This document shows, in pieces, positions 1 through 7,638 of a stretch of DNA of 56,620 bases. The position numbers were made by a program, and so were the translations under genes. The DNA is from a virus (Duplodnaviria; Caudoviricetes). Each line of letters starts with the position of its first letter. The stretch's first letter is position 1. The stretch covers positions 1 through 56,620 of IMG/VR virus record IMGVR_UViG_3300036835_000176. One strand, 5' to 3'. The notes below the pieces were generated by a model. The model saw only the letters and a program-made list of their open reading frames with translations. It had not been told where the DNA came from and did no database searches.

Positions 1-13
1 CAGAGGCGCGTCA
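1..13 (+). repeat. Terminal direct repeat CAGAGGCGCGTCA (copy at 56608..56620)
   Basis: Exact identity of the first and last 13 nt. Confidence 0.95.
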
Positions 14-395
14 CTGGGCTTCTATGTCACCTGAATGGCGATATAACAAGACTCCAGTATATGAGCCGCGCAAAGACAGGAAAGAAGGGGCAACCGTAGG
101 GCGCATAGATGAATTCCTTGGCGCTATACAGCGCTACGTCAATAACTTTCTATGGAAAAACGACGGCTGCGATGAAGTTCTTGAGATGTTCTACAGCCAA
201 GATCAGAGATTAAATCAGTTAGAGGTTCGATCTTTTGGCTGGTGTGAGCCAACGATAGGAAGCGTTCTGTATGAAATCCTATCAGAACGCAAACGTGACC
301 GTCCTGTCCTGAATGACATTGGGCACATGCTGGCCGAAAGAACGCAACGTCTTGAGAAACATACAGGCTTGGCAGATAGGGATAGCGAGTCATGA
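1..395 (+). CDS. C-terminal part of the GIY-YIG nuclease that starts at 56370 (wraps the junction)
   Basis: Joining the ends gives an open frame ...SEAEARHWASMSPEWRYN..., completing the GIY-YIG E..W...YN motif. Confidence 0.85.
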   Translation, partial: EARHWASMSPEWRYNKTPVYEPRKDRKEGATVGRIDEFLGAIQRYVNNFLWKNDGCDEVLEMFYSQDQRLNQLEVRSFGWCEPTIGSVLYEILSERKRDRPVLNDIGHMLAERTQRLEKHTGLADRDSES

Positions 396-718
396 CAGAA
401 GATCAGCCTAAAGTCGGTGACATTTTGGCCCGACTAGACAACGGGCTGGTCCTCCAGCGCATGACCGCTAAGGATAGCCCTGAGCAGGCGATGATGTGGG
501 CGGATTCCGGCGATAACATCATCAAGAGCAATGTGGTGGTTATCCGCATTCCCTGCGTTGCGAGCGACTGCCAGGGCTTTGCGTTGGCGAGAGTAGACGT
601 GACGGATGCGCTCTCATCAGTCGAGGTTGACGCGCCGTGCGATTTGTGCGGCCAGGTCTACCATATACGTCATCAGTTCAGCAGCAACGACGTTCAGGTG
701 AGTTGGGAGAGCGTCTAG
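392..718 (+). CDS. Hypothetical protein, possible zinc ribbon
   Basis: ATGA coupling to upstream ORF; CVASDC and CDLC cysteine pairs. Confidence 0.65.
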   Translation: MTEDQPKVGDILARLDNGLVLQRMTAKDSPEQAMMWADSGDNIIKSNVVVIRIPCVASDCQGFALARVDVTDALSSVEVDAPCDLCGQVYHIRHQFSSNDVQVSWESV

Positions 719-719
719 C

Positions 720-959
720 ATGACCTGGCCTGAGTTCTTCCTAGCCGCGATCATCGCCGCCGTCACGTTCACGAACGTGTGCATCCTGGCCGTTGTCATG
801 CGCCAGTGGCGCCCGCGCAAGGTGGAGGTCATCGTGCGGAGCGTCTTCGCGGGCGATGTGGTGCAGGAGGAAAGAATCGTGGTGAAGGGCCGCGATAACA
901 CGCCGGTAGAGCTGACGTTTGATCTGGATCAGCGTGAGAAGGTAAAGGAGTGGTTATGA
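720..959 (+). CDS. Small membrane protein
   Basis: N-terminal hydrophobic helix; tightly packed in operon. Confidence 0.65.
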   Translation: MTWPEFFLAAIIAAVTFTNVCILAVVMRQWRPRKVEVIVRSVFAGDVVQEERIVVKGRDNTPVELTFDLDQREKVKEWL

Positions 960-1537
960 CGGTACGCAAGATCGGCGAATACACTGGGCCAGATGGGCGC
1001 GTGGTATTGCGGCGCTGGCGGATAGAGGAAAGAAAGGAAAGAGGCGCGACCATGAGCAATCCACTGAACGATGAGCGACTTGAGGAAATTAGGGCGCAAA
1101 CCAAAAGCGCAACACCTGGCCCATGGTCAGTCCTGGCTGATATTGCCGGTGGTAAAGTTTTCGCCTGGATGATTCGGGAGCCGCAGGCACGCACATTGTA
1201 TCCAACTGATGCGGTGTTTATTGCCGATGCGAGATTAGCCATTCCCGAACTGCTGGACGAGGTAGATCGCCTGCGCGCCGAGAACGACCACCTGCGCGCG
1301 CAACTGGCGCGGGTCATGCCGATTGTGGAGGCGGTGGCGGAAGGTTCAATACTTCGCCATGGCGATGAGTTCGGGCTTCGCTGTAGCAGTTGTGATGCGG
1401 ACCTAGAAATGGTTGAAGCGCATAAGCCGGGCTGCTTGCTGATACAAGCCCGCGCGGCGATGGAGCAGGGACAGGAGGCGAGCGTGCCAGAGGAGATGGA
1501 ACGGCTGGCCGAAGATGATCTGGCGCAAGACGATTAA
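956..1537 (+). CDS. Ead/Ea22-like phage protein (alternative start 1052)
   Basis: ATPGPW motif and DAVFIADAR..IPELLDEVDRLRAE coiled coil; SD before 1052. Confidence 0.65.
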   Translation: MTVRKIGEYTGPDGRVVLRRWRIEERKERGATMSNPLNDERLEEIRAQTKSATPGPWSVLADIAGGKVFAWMIREPQARTLYPTDAVFIADARLAIPELLDEVDRLRAENDHLRAQLARVMPIVEAVAEGSILRHGDEFGLRCSSCDADLEMVEAHKPGCLLIQARAAMEQGQEASVPEEMERLAEDDLAQDD

Positions 1538-1602
1538 TCGTGCGCGCCCGATTCTTTTGCGGTCGCGCACGTTTTTGCGTGCAAAGCGCCCGTTTTCAGG
1601 CA

Positions 1603-1647
1603 ACAAAAAGCAGCCCCTTGGACGGTGAATCCAAGGGGCTTTCGTTG
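1603..1647. terminator. Bidirectional intrinsic terminator
   Basis: 11-bp stem AGCCCCTTGGA/TCCAAGGGGCT with A-run and T-rich flanks between convergent operons. Confidence 0.8.
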
Positions 1648-1701
1648 GTACGGCTTTACGATGCCAACTCCCCAGGGCGTCCCCCAGGTAGCATCAGTAT
1701 A

Positions 1702-2154
1702 TCACTCAGCAGGCGGCTCGGCTGACAGCGCAGGCTGCGGAGCCGCTGGCGTTCGCAGTTCCGCGCCGCCGTCATAGTCGCTCGGCGGATAGATCAGGTC
1801 AGGATCGTCAACTGGCGCGTACACGGCCTCGCGCTTCGCCTTCGCGTTGCCCGACACTTGATCATAGATCACATGGCCGCTCGCGGTCATCAGGCCGGCC
1901 GTCGCAAGGATGCGCTGTAAGAGTTCGACGCCGGCGTCGAAGCTGTGCGGCATCATGCCTGTCGCCAGGCAGAAGATCAGCACAGCGACCGCGCAGATCA
2001 CAAAGAGCAGCTCGCGCAAGTTCTTTGCGTGCGACGGGTTGCTCTGGCTAAACCAGCCGAGCTTGCCGAGGTACGGCTTGAGCTTGTCGAAGGCCCAGAT
2101 CAGAAACGGCATAAACGCGGCAGGCAGCACGATCTGCTCAACTTGGAGAGGCAT
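1702..2154 (-). CDS. Putative holin
   Basis: 2-3 hydrophobic segments; directly downstream of endolysin; SD GAAAGGA. Confidence 0.6.
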   Translation of the reverse strand: MPLQVEQIVLPAAFMPFLIWAFDKLKPYLGKLGWFSQSNPSHAKNLRELLFVICAVAVLIFCLATGMMPHSFDAGVELLQRILATAGLMTASGHVIYDQVSGNAKAKREAVYAPVDDPDLIYPPSDYDGGAELRTPAAPQPALSAEPPAE

Positions 2155-2219
2155 AGTACGCGGTTCCTTTCTGGCGGCCAGCTCGGCCGCCTCACGCTTG
2201 CCAGAAGACGATCTGGCGA

Positions 2220-3230
2220 CTACTTGAGGGCAGCGGCGAGCGCTGCGAGGGCCGACGCGCCGCTCTTGGCAGCGGCCAGAATGGCCTGATCGGCGGCCGA
2301 GATCACGCTCGCGCCGAACAGATGGGCATCCGCTGGCGTGATGTGGCCGCGATAGGCCGCGCCAGGCACGCCCGGCACGCTGTCGTAGCCATGCGCGCCA
2401 TCAAGCACCAGCACGCCGCGCTCGCACACGATGCGCCAGGCGTTCGGGATCACGTTGCCTTTGGCGTCCTTGCACGTCTCCTCTAGCGCTAGCGGCAACC
2501 CGAACTCTGAGAAGCCAAAGAGACTGCCGATAGACGGATACTGCCGGTACGCCGTCAGCAGCCCGCCACGAATCAACACGGTGGGCTTATCGTTGCGCGC
2601 CCACCCATCGCCGCTGGCGTGAAAGAAGCCACTCACCTGCGAAAGCTCAAGCATGGTCTGTGTCCCTCCGGTTCCCCCGCTGACGCTCATTGGCCAGCAC
2701 TCGTTGTAGCAAAGCAACTTCTGCCATGTGGCGATCTTGCGGCGATCTGCGAACCCGCCCCACGGATTCATGACCGTCATGTACCCGGCGGGATCGTCGT
2801 CGATCTGATAGACCGCGCCGACGTGGCTAGAGCCGGGATGCATCGGGTCAGCGGGCGGTGTATTCCAGGCGCTCGGCATGGTGATGAGCGTGGGATGGCC
2901 CGCCTTGATCTCTGAGCGAATGGCCGATACCAGCGCCGCTTGACTCGACGCCTTCTGACTCCACAACAGGACGTTCCTGGGCAGGTAGAGCTTGGCGACC
3001 TCTTTGATGTAGTCGCGCGCGGCGGTGCCAGCGTTGGCGTACTTCTCGCCGTACACGTCGTCTTTGAGCCGGTCGCCACTATGCCAGACGCCGGTGAGCC
3101 AGCGACAGGACGCCGCTATCGAGGTCGCCACGCAGTTGTAGCGCTTGTTCTCGCTCACGCCGTCGCGGTCCTCTGCCTCGACGGGTTCTGTGAGCTGGTC
3201 TTGGGCCTTAAATCCTGCGAGTTGCGCCAT
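2220..3230 (-). CDS. Endolysin, C39/papain-like cysteine peptidase domain plus C-terminal putative wall-binding domain
   Basis: NCVATS Cys, GHPTLI, SHVGAV His, MNPWGG; C-terminal FGLPL..E..ERG segment; lysis-cassette position. Confidence 0.7.
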   Translation of the reverse strand: MAQLAGFKAQDQLTEPVEAEDRDGVSENKRYNCVATSIAASCRWLTGVWHSGDRLKDDVYGEKYANAGTAARDYIKEVAKLYLPRNVLLWSQKASSQAALVSAIRSEIKAGHPTLITMPSAWNTPPADPMHPGSSHVGAVYQIDDDPAGYMTVMNPWGGFADRRKIATWQKLLCYNECWPMSVSGGTGGTQTMLELSQVSGFFHASGDGWARNDKPTVLIRGGLLTAYRQYPSIGSLFGFSEFGLPLALEETCKDAKGNVIPNAWRIVCERGVLVLDGAHGYDSVPGVPGAAYRGHITPADAHLFGASVISAADQAILAAAKSGASALAALAAALK

Positions 3231-3244
3231 AGGTTCCTCACACG

Positions 3245-3272
3245 AAAAAGCGCCCCATCCGAGACAGGGCGC
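3245..3272 (-). terminator. Intrinsic terminator-like hairpin upstream of endolysin
   Basis: GCGCCCTGTC/GATGGGGCGC stem followed by TTTTT on minus strand. Confidence 0.65.
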
Positions 3273-3298
3273 ACAGGCTAGAATGGACGTGCTACGGG

Positions 3299-3625
3299 CT
3301 AATGGATTGAGACGCGATCAGAGATTTGGATGAGCGTAAAGATCAGCGCCGCCGCGCCGCCGAGGGTGAGCAGTAACCGCGTCCAAATGTTTTCGATGCG
3401 CTTGCGTAGCGCCGCGTTGGATCTCCGCAGCCGCTTGATGTCGTTTTGTAGCGCCAGTATCTGCGGCTCGTACTCGATACGCTGAATGGCCGTGCGTTCG
3501 ATTCTGGCCGTGATGTCCTTGACGCTGCTGATGTCGGCCTTGAGCGGCGCGATTACGTCAAGGATGATCTGGCGTATATCGTCGGATTCCAAAGGCGTAC
3601 CCTCGCGTTGCACTGTCATACTCAC
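3299..3625 (-). CDS. Coiled-coil protein with C-terminal TM helix (XhlA-like lysis accessory/holin)
   Basis: Coiled coil then LLLTLGGAAALIFTLI; precedes endolysin. Confidence 0.6.
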   Translation of the reverse strand: MSMTVQREGTPLESDDIRQIILDVIAPLKADISSVKDITARIERTAIQRIEYEPQILALQNDIKRLRRSNAALRKRIENIWTRLLLTLGGAAALIFTLIQISDRVSIH

Positions 3626-3652
3626 ACCGCCTTGCCAGCCCGCTACCCGCTG

Positions 3653-4279
3653 TTACCATATCCGCTGCGGCGCGCCGCCACCGGTCCCGCCCCAATAGAC
3701 GCCAAGCACCGCCGTTGGCGCGCCTGATGAACTCTTGCCGTAGACGCCCTGCACAGGCGTTGGCGAGCCGCTGGAGTCGTTGCCGTATATCTCTTTCGAG
3801 TACTCGGCATAGGCGCTGAGTTGTGCAGTCACCGATCCAGAGGCGAGCGTACCAGGCGCGGTTGGGACATTGGCTGTACTACCTTGCGGGTCAGGATGAA
3901 CCTCGCCGCCTGAGTTGATGTAACTGTAGTTGGCCGTCTGCGCAGGCGTGCGCCAGAAGCCGACGTAGAGGACCTCATTCTCAGCCGCCAGATAGGGCGT
4001 CAGCAGGTCAGCGGCCTGGAAGCTCTGCTGATTGACGCCGGTTCCAGACGCCGCCGAGAAGGTAATCGGGCCAGTCTGCGCGACCACCGCGCGTGAGCTA
4101 TTCCAGAGGACTAGCTGGCCAGTGATCGTGCCGCCGTTGCCCGCCACGTAGACATGAAGGCGGGTAATCAAGCCCGCTTCCGGCATGGTGATCTTCATGC
4201 CTACTTGGTTGTTCGAGCCGGTATTGCTCCTTGATAGGTTATTTCCGCTTGTAGTCGTTCTTCCTACTGTGGAAGTCAT
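3653..4279 (-). CDS. Minor tail protein, beta-sandwich domain
   Basis: G/S/T-rich, beta-rich; end of tail module. Confidence 0.6.
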   Translation of the reverse strand: MTSTVGRTTTSGNNLSRSNTGSNNQVGMKITMPEAGLITRLHVYVAGNGGTITGQLVLWNSSRAVVAQTGPITFSAASGTGVNQQSFQAADLLTPYLAAENEVLYVGFWRTPAQTANYSYINSGGEVHPDPQGSTANVPTAPGTLASGSVTAQLSAYAEYSKEIYGNDSSGSPTPVQGVYGKSSSGAPTAVLGVYWGGTGGGAPQRIW

Positions 4280-4296
4280 GGCGCGCTCCGGCTTGA

Positions 4297-4581
4297 CTAG
4301 CTCAGATGAACGAATATCTCATAGGCGTCGAGCGTGCCTGGCAGCGACGTTCCGACGCTGAGCGTGAAGGCATGGCCGTTGTGCGTGCCGACGACGACGA
4401 CCGCTTTACCGTTCGTCGTGAGCGCTGCCGTGACCTCTACCGCGCCCGTGAACGTCGCGCCAGCAAGATCCGCCTTGGCGTCGTCTACCGCCTCAATGCC
4501 GTCCTCGATGTTGTTGGCGTTGGTATGGGTGAAATTGCCGCCGTTGGTGTACGGACCTTCCGGCGTGAAGTGGTCAGACAT
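4297..4581 (-). CDS. Small tail/fibre protein
   Basis: NANNIEDGIE and KADLAGATFTGAV fibre-like motifs; SD TAGGAGG. Confidence 0.6.
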   Translation of the reverse strand: MSDHFTPEGPYTNGGNFTHTNANNIEDGIEAVDDAKADLAGATFTGAVEVTAALTTNGKAVVVVGTHNGHAFTLSVGTSLPGTLDAYEIFVHLS

Positions 4582-4589
4582 ATGGCCTC

Positions 4590-4973
4590 CTAAGCGAAGG
4601 ATTCTGTAAAGACAACGCCGATTGATTCCTTATCCGTCTTTGAGTGCGAGTACAGCCCACGCCCGATGAGCGTGCCGGTGTCCGCTGTGGCGGTCGCGTC
4701 ATCACCGCCAAACCAACCCACCTCGGCGATAGCGACCCCTACCGCGTCTTGTGGGCTGAGGTAGAGCGTAAAGATAGACTCGCCGGTCGAAACACCGTCA
4801 TCGCCAGCGGTGAGCGCCTTGCGAAAGACCTCAGCGCCGAGCGTCGTATCACTGCTACTCGGTGAGGTGTTATCTGTGCCTACCGCGACATACTTCACAC
4901 GCGCATCAATGAACGAGCGCGCCGCCAGCGCGTAGAGGTCAAGGCCGCCATCAGTTATGGTCACAGTCGCCAT
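4590..4973 (-). CDS. Tail-collar/baseplate-like protein
   Basis: TITDGG..YVAVGT..LGAEVFRK..AEVGWF pattern typical of fibre-attachment proteins. Confidence 0.65.
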   Translation of the reverse strand: MATVTITDGGLDLYALAARSFIDARVKYVAVGTDNTSPSSSDTTLGAEVFRKALTAGDDGVSTGESIFTLYLSPQDAVGVAIAEVGWFGGDDATATADTGTLIGRGLYSHSKTDKESIGVVFTESFA

Positions 4974-4993
4974 AGGTCGCTCCTAGCAGAGAG

Positions 4994-7624
4994 TCAGCAG
5001 AGAGTGAGCGGAAAGACGGACGTGCCGAGCAATGGGCAGGCGTAGACGGTTGCGACAAAACTGCCTGTGACGCTAATTGAGCCAGTAAAACTTTCTGTCA
5101 GCGCCAGCGTCGAACTGCTGCCCACCTGAAGCGTGTCGCCGCTGCTACTCGCGTCCTTGACCAGCGCGCCGAAGAACTGTTCCCAACTGGTGTTGATCGG
5201 TCCCAGGATGGCCGACACGTCGTACCAGATGATCTGCCCTTGCTCATCGCCGATATGCACGCTCTCGATGAGCATGTCATCGTTGAGACCGTGACGCGGG
5301 ATGGTAACGTGGATCAACTGGCCCGGCTTCAATCCCGCGCGTCGTGTCTGAAAGCGCAACTGCGTCGCATTCTGCGCGTACTTGGCGAGCAACGCCGCCG
5401 CTTCGGCAAACGCCGCGTCACTGGTCGTTAGCGACGCATCCGAGACGATGCTTTCGACTTTGCCCGATGTCCCGCCGCCTTCCAGCATCTGCTGGAGCGT
5501 GATCTCGGCGTTATCCTCTGAAATCACGATGAGTGGGAACTCGCCAACATAGGTGACACGCAGGATGTCGCTACTGGTGAGTGGTGTGCCGCCGCTATCC
5601 TGGGATACCTCGTTCTTGCCGCCGTTCCAGTACCAGTCCTTGCCTGAGTCCGATCCGCCAATGCCGACCGTCTGCGCGACGTAGCCGCCACTGGCGATAT
5701 TGACCTCAACGGTCGGTACGGCGTGTAGCGGGAAGCTCATGACAAAGGCTCTATTGGTTCCGTCGCCAATGCGCGTCTCGATCTGCGGGTCCGTCTGACC
5801 CTTGATGTCGCGGATATATTGGACGTTGCGATACTTGGGCTTGGCGCGCTTGACGCGCACAGTTCCGCGCCGCGCATCGGTCACAACGCCGTTGACATCG
5901 CTGGTCAGATTCCATGGCGCAGGGATGCCTGCGTAGGGCTGGAACCAGAACTGCCGGTACTGGTCGATCTGCCACCAATACGCGCCAGACTTTTTCGCCA
6001 GCGCATCCGAGCAGTCGGCGGCGGTCGCGTAGTCGAACACGACATCCGGCAGCATCGCGCCGTTCGCGATATGGTGAGTGGCAGTGAGCGCATTATCCAG
6101 CGTCGCGCGGTAGTTGGCGCCATCGTCGAGCGTCAGGAAATCCGTCAATGCAGCGTCAGCGGCGATCTCGGTCGCGCTCAACTTGCGCGGGCTGAATAAC
6201 CAGTCCTGATAGAGCGTGTTGATATGGTCGCCACCGCTACCATTGGAGCCGATGTAGAAGAACTCATCAAAGGCGGCTGGCAGCGGTGGATTATTCTCAG
6301 TGCAGCGCAGCGTCCCGTCCACGTAGACGAGCAGGCTCGCGCTATCCCACGCGACTACGAACTTGTGCCAGCCATCCGGCGTACTGCTGTCAGCGAAAGA
6401 AGGGAACTTGGCGCCCGCGATATTGACGACCCAATTGGCGCTGCCGTCGCTATGAAAGAGCGACAGCCCGCCGCCACCGCCATCCTTGTTGACGCCAAAG
6501 AAGTTCGGGAAGTTGCCCGATTCTTCCCGCCGCACGGTCGCATCCACATAGGCGCGGAACTGCAATGTTCCCTCGTCTGGCCGTACGTTGCCCTTACCCG
6601 GCAGTTTCAGCGTCTCAGCAGCGCGTGGCGTCCCGCCGATCTGCCATTGCGTCGCGTGGCCCTTCGCTTCGATTTGCCAGCCATCCACGTAGAACGTCAG
6701 CACCTCCGCGTTCTTCGACTTGACGCACATGCGCAGATCCGTGACCGCGCTCGCGCCCGTCGTGATCGTGACCGTCACCCTATCCCATCCACCCGTCAGC
6801 GTGAGGTCAGTTGAGCCGACAACCGAGTTGGTGAAGTCGCGCAGCGCCAGCGTCACAACCTTGCCCGCCGTGCCTTTGACCCTGGCCTGTGCGCTGTGCT
6901 TCGTGTTGGCGCTGGCCGCTATGGCCGTCGTCTCCGCGCCTTCACCCGCGTTGGCGTTCGTTGTCACAACCTGAAGGCTTGCCGCGCCAGACCAATGCTC
7001 AGTAGTCACACGGCTGATACTCGCGCCAGTCGCCAAGAGCGCGCTGGCAGATGCGCTAAACCCGGTCGTATCGGTCTCGACGCTGCTCTGATTCGCACTC
7101 AGCAGGTTCGTCGTACCTTCTTCAACACGTACCGCCTTGCTGCCCGCGATGTCGCCCGTCTCATAGCGCGGCGCGTCGCTGCTGACGCTGGTCCCGTCGA
7201 GCTTATAGGCCGTGCTGGCGCGCGCAAACGCTGGTTGTGTTGTGGTTCCAACGACGCCCTCTTCAGCGAGCCAGCCCGCTACGATGTCGGATGCGACATC
7301 CCCCGCCGTCTCACCCGCGTCATACGTGGCCGCGACTAAGCGCTTATCCGCTAAGTAGTGCCAATCTTTCAGCGCGACCTTGTGCCGTAGCCCGCCGTTC
7401 GGCTCAAGCGCTTCCTCGTCATCACCGTCCATGACGCCTGAGAAGATGAGCAGATCATCTTGCTCATCATCGAAGACATCTACACGTTGGCCATCTTCGT
7501 AGTGGTTCTCGGCGTCATCGTCTCTGAGCGTCAGTTGCGCCGTCGAGCGTTGCCCAACGGCGTTGTCCAGGCTCATCGAGTTGACATAGATGGGTGTGTC
7601 TACACCGTCTACTTCGACGCGCAT
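4994..7624 (-). CDS. Tail tip/hub protein with inserted carbohydrate-binding and LamG/ConA-like domains
   Basis: Follows tape measure; internal RASTAY..EEGTTNLL, CBM-like and WHKFVVAWD..LYVDG segments; C-terminal GLKPGQLIHV hub motif. Confidence 0.7.
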   Translation of the reverse strand: MRVEVDGVDTPIYVNSMSLDNAVGQRSTAQLTLRDDDAENHYEDGQRVDVFDDEQDDLLIFSGVMDGDDEEALEPNGGLRHKVALKDWHYLADKRLVAATYDAGETAGDVASDIVAGWLAEEGVVGTTTQPAFARASTAYKLDGTSVSSDAPRYETGDIAGSKAVRVEEGTTNLLSANQSSVETDTTGFSASASALLATGASISRVTTEHWSGAASLQVVTTNANAGEGAETTAIAASANTKHSAQARVKGTAGKVVTLALRDFTNSVVGSTDLTLTGGWDRVTVTITTGASAVTDLRMCVKSKNAEVLTFYVDGWQIEAKGHATQWQIGGTPRAAETLKLPGKGNVRPDEGTLQFRAYVDATVRREESGNFPNFFGVNKDGGGGGLSLFHSDGSANWVVNIAGAKFPSFADSSTPDGWHKFVVAWDSASLLVYVDGTLRCTENNPPLPAAFDEFFYIGSNGSGGDHINTLYQDWLFSPRKLSATEIAADAALTDFLTLDDGANYRATLDNALTATHHIANGAMLPDVVFDYATAADCSDALAKKSGAYWWQIDQYRQFWFQPYAGIPAPWNLTSDVNGVVTDARRGTVRVKRAKPKYRNVQYIRDIKGQTDPQIETRIGDGTNRAFVMSFPLHAVPTVEVNIASGGYVAQTVGIGGSDSGKDWYWNGGKNEVSQDSGGTPLTSSDILRVTYVGEFPLIVISEDNAEITLQQMLEGGGTSGKVESIVSDASLTTSDAAFAEAAALLAKYAQNATQLRFQTRRAGLKPGQLIHVTIPRHGLNDDMLIESVHIGDEQGQIIWYDVSAILGPINTSWEQFFGALVKDASSSGDTLQVGSSSTLALTESFTGSISVTGSFVATVYACPLLGTSVFPLTLC

Positions 7625-7638
7625 GGTCGTACCTTTGG

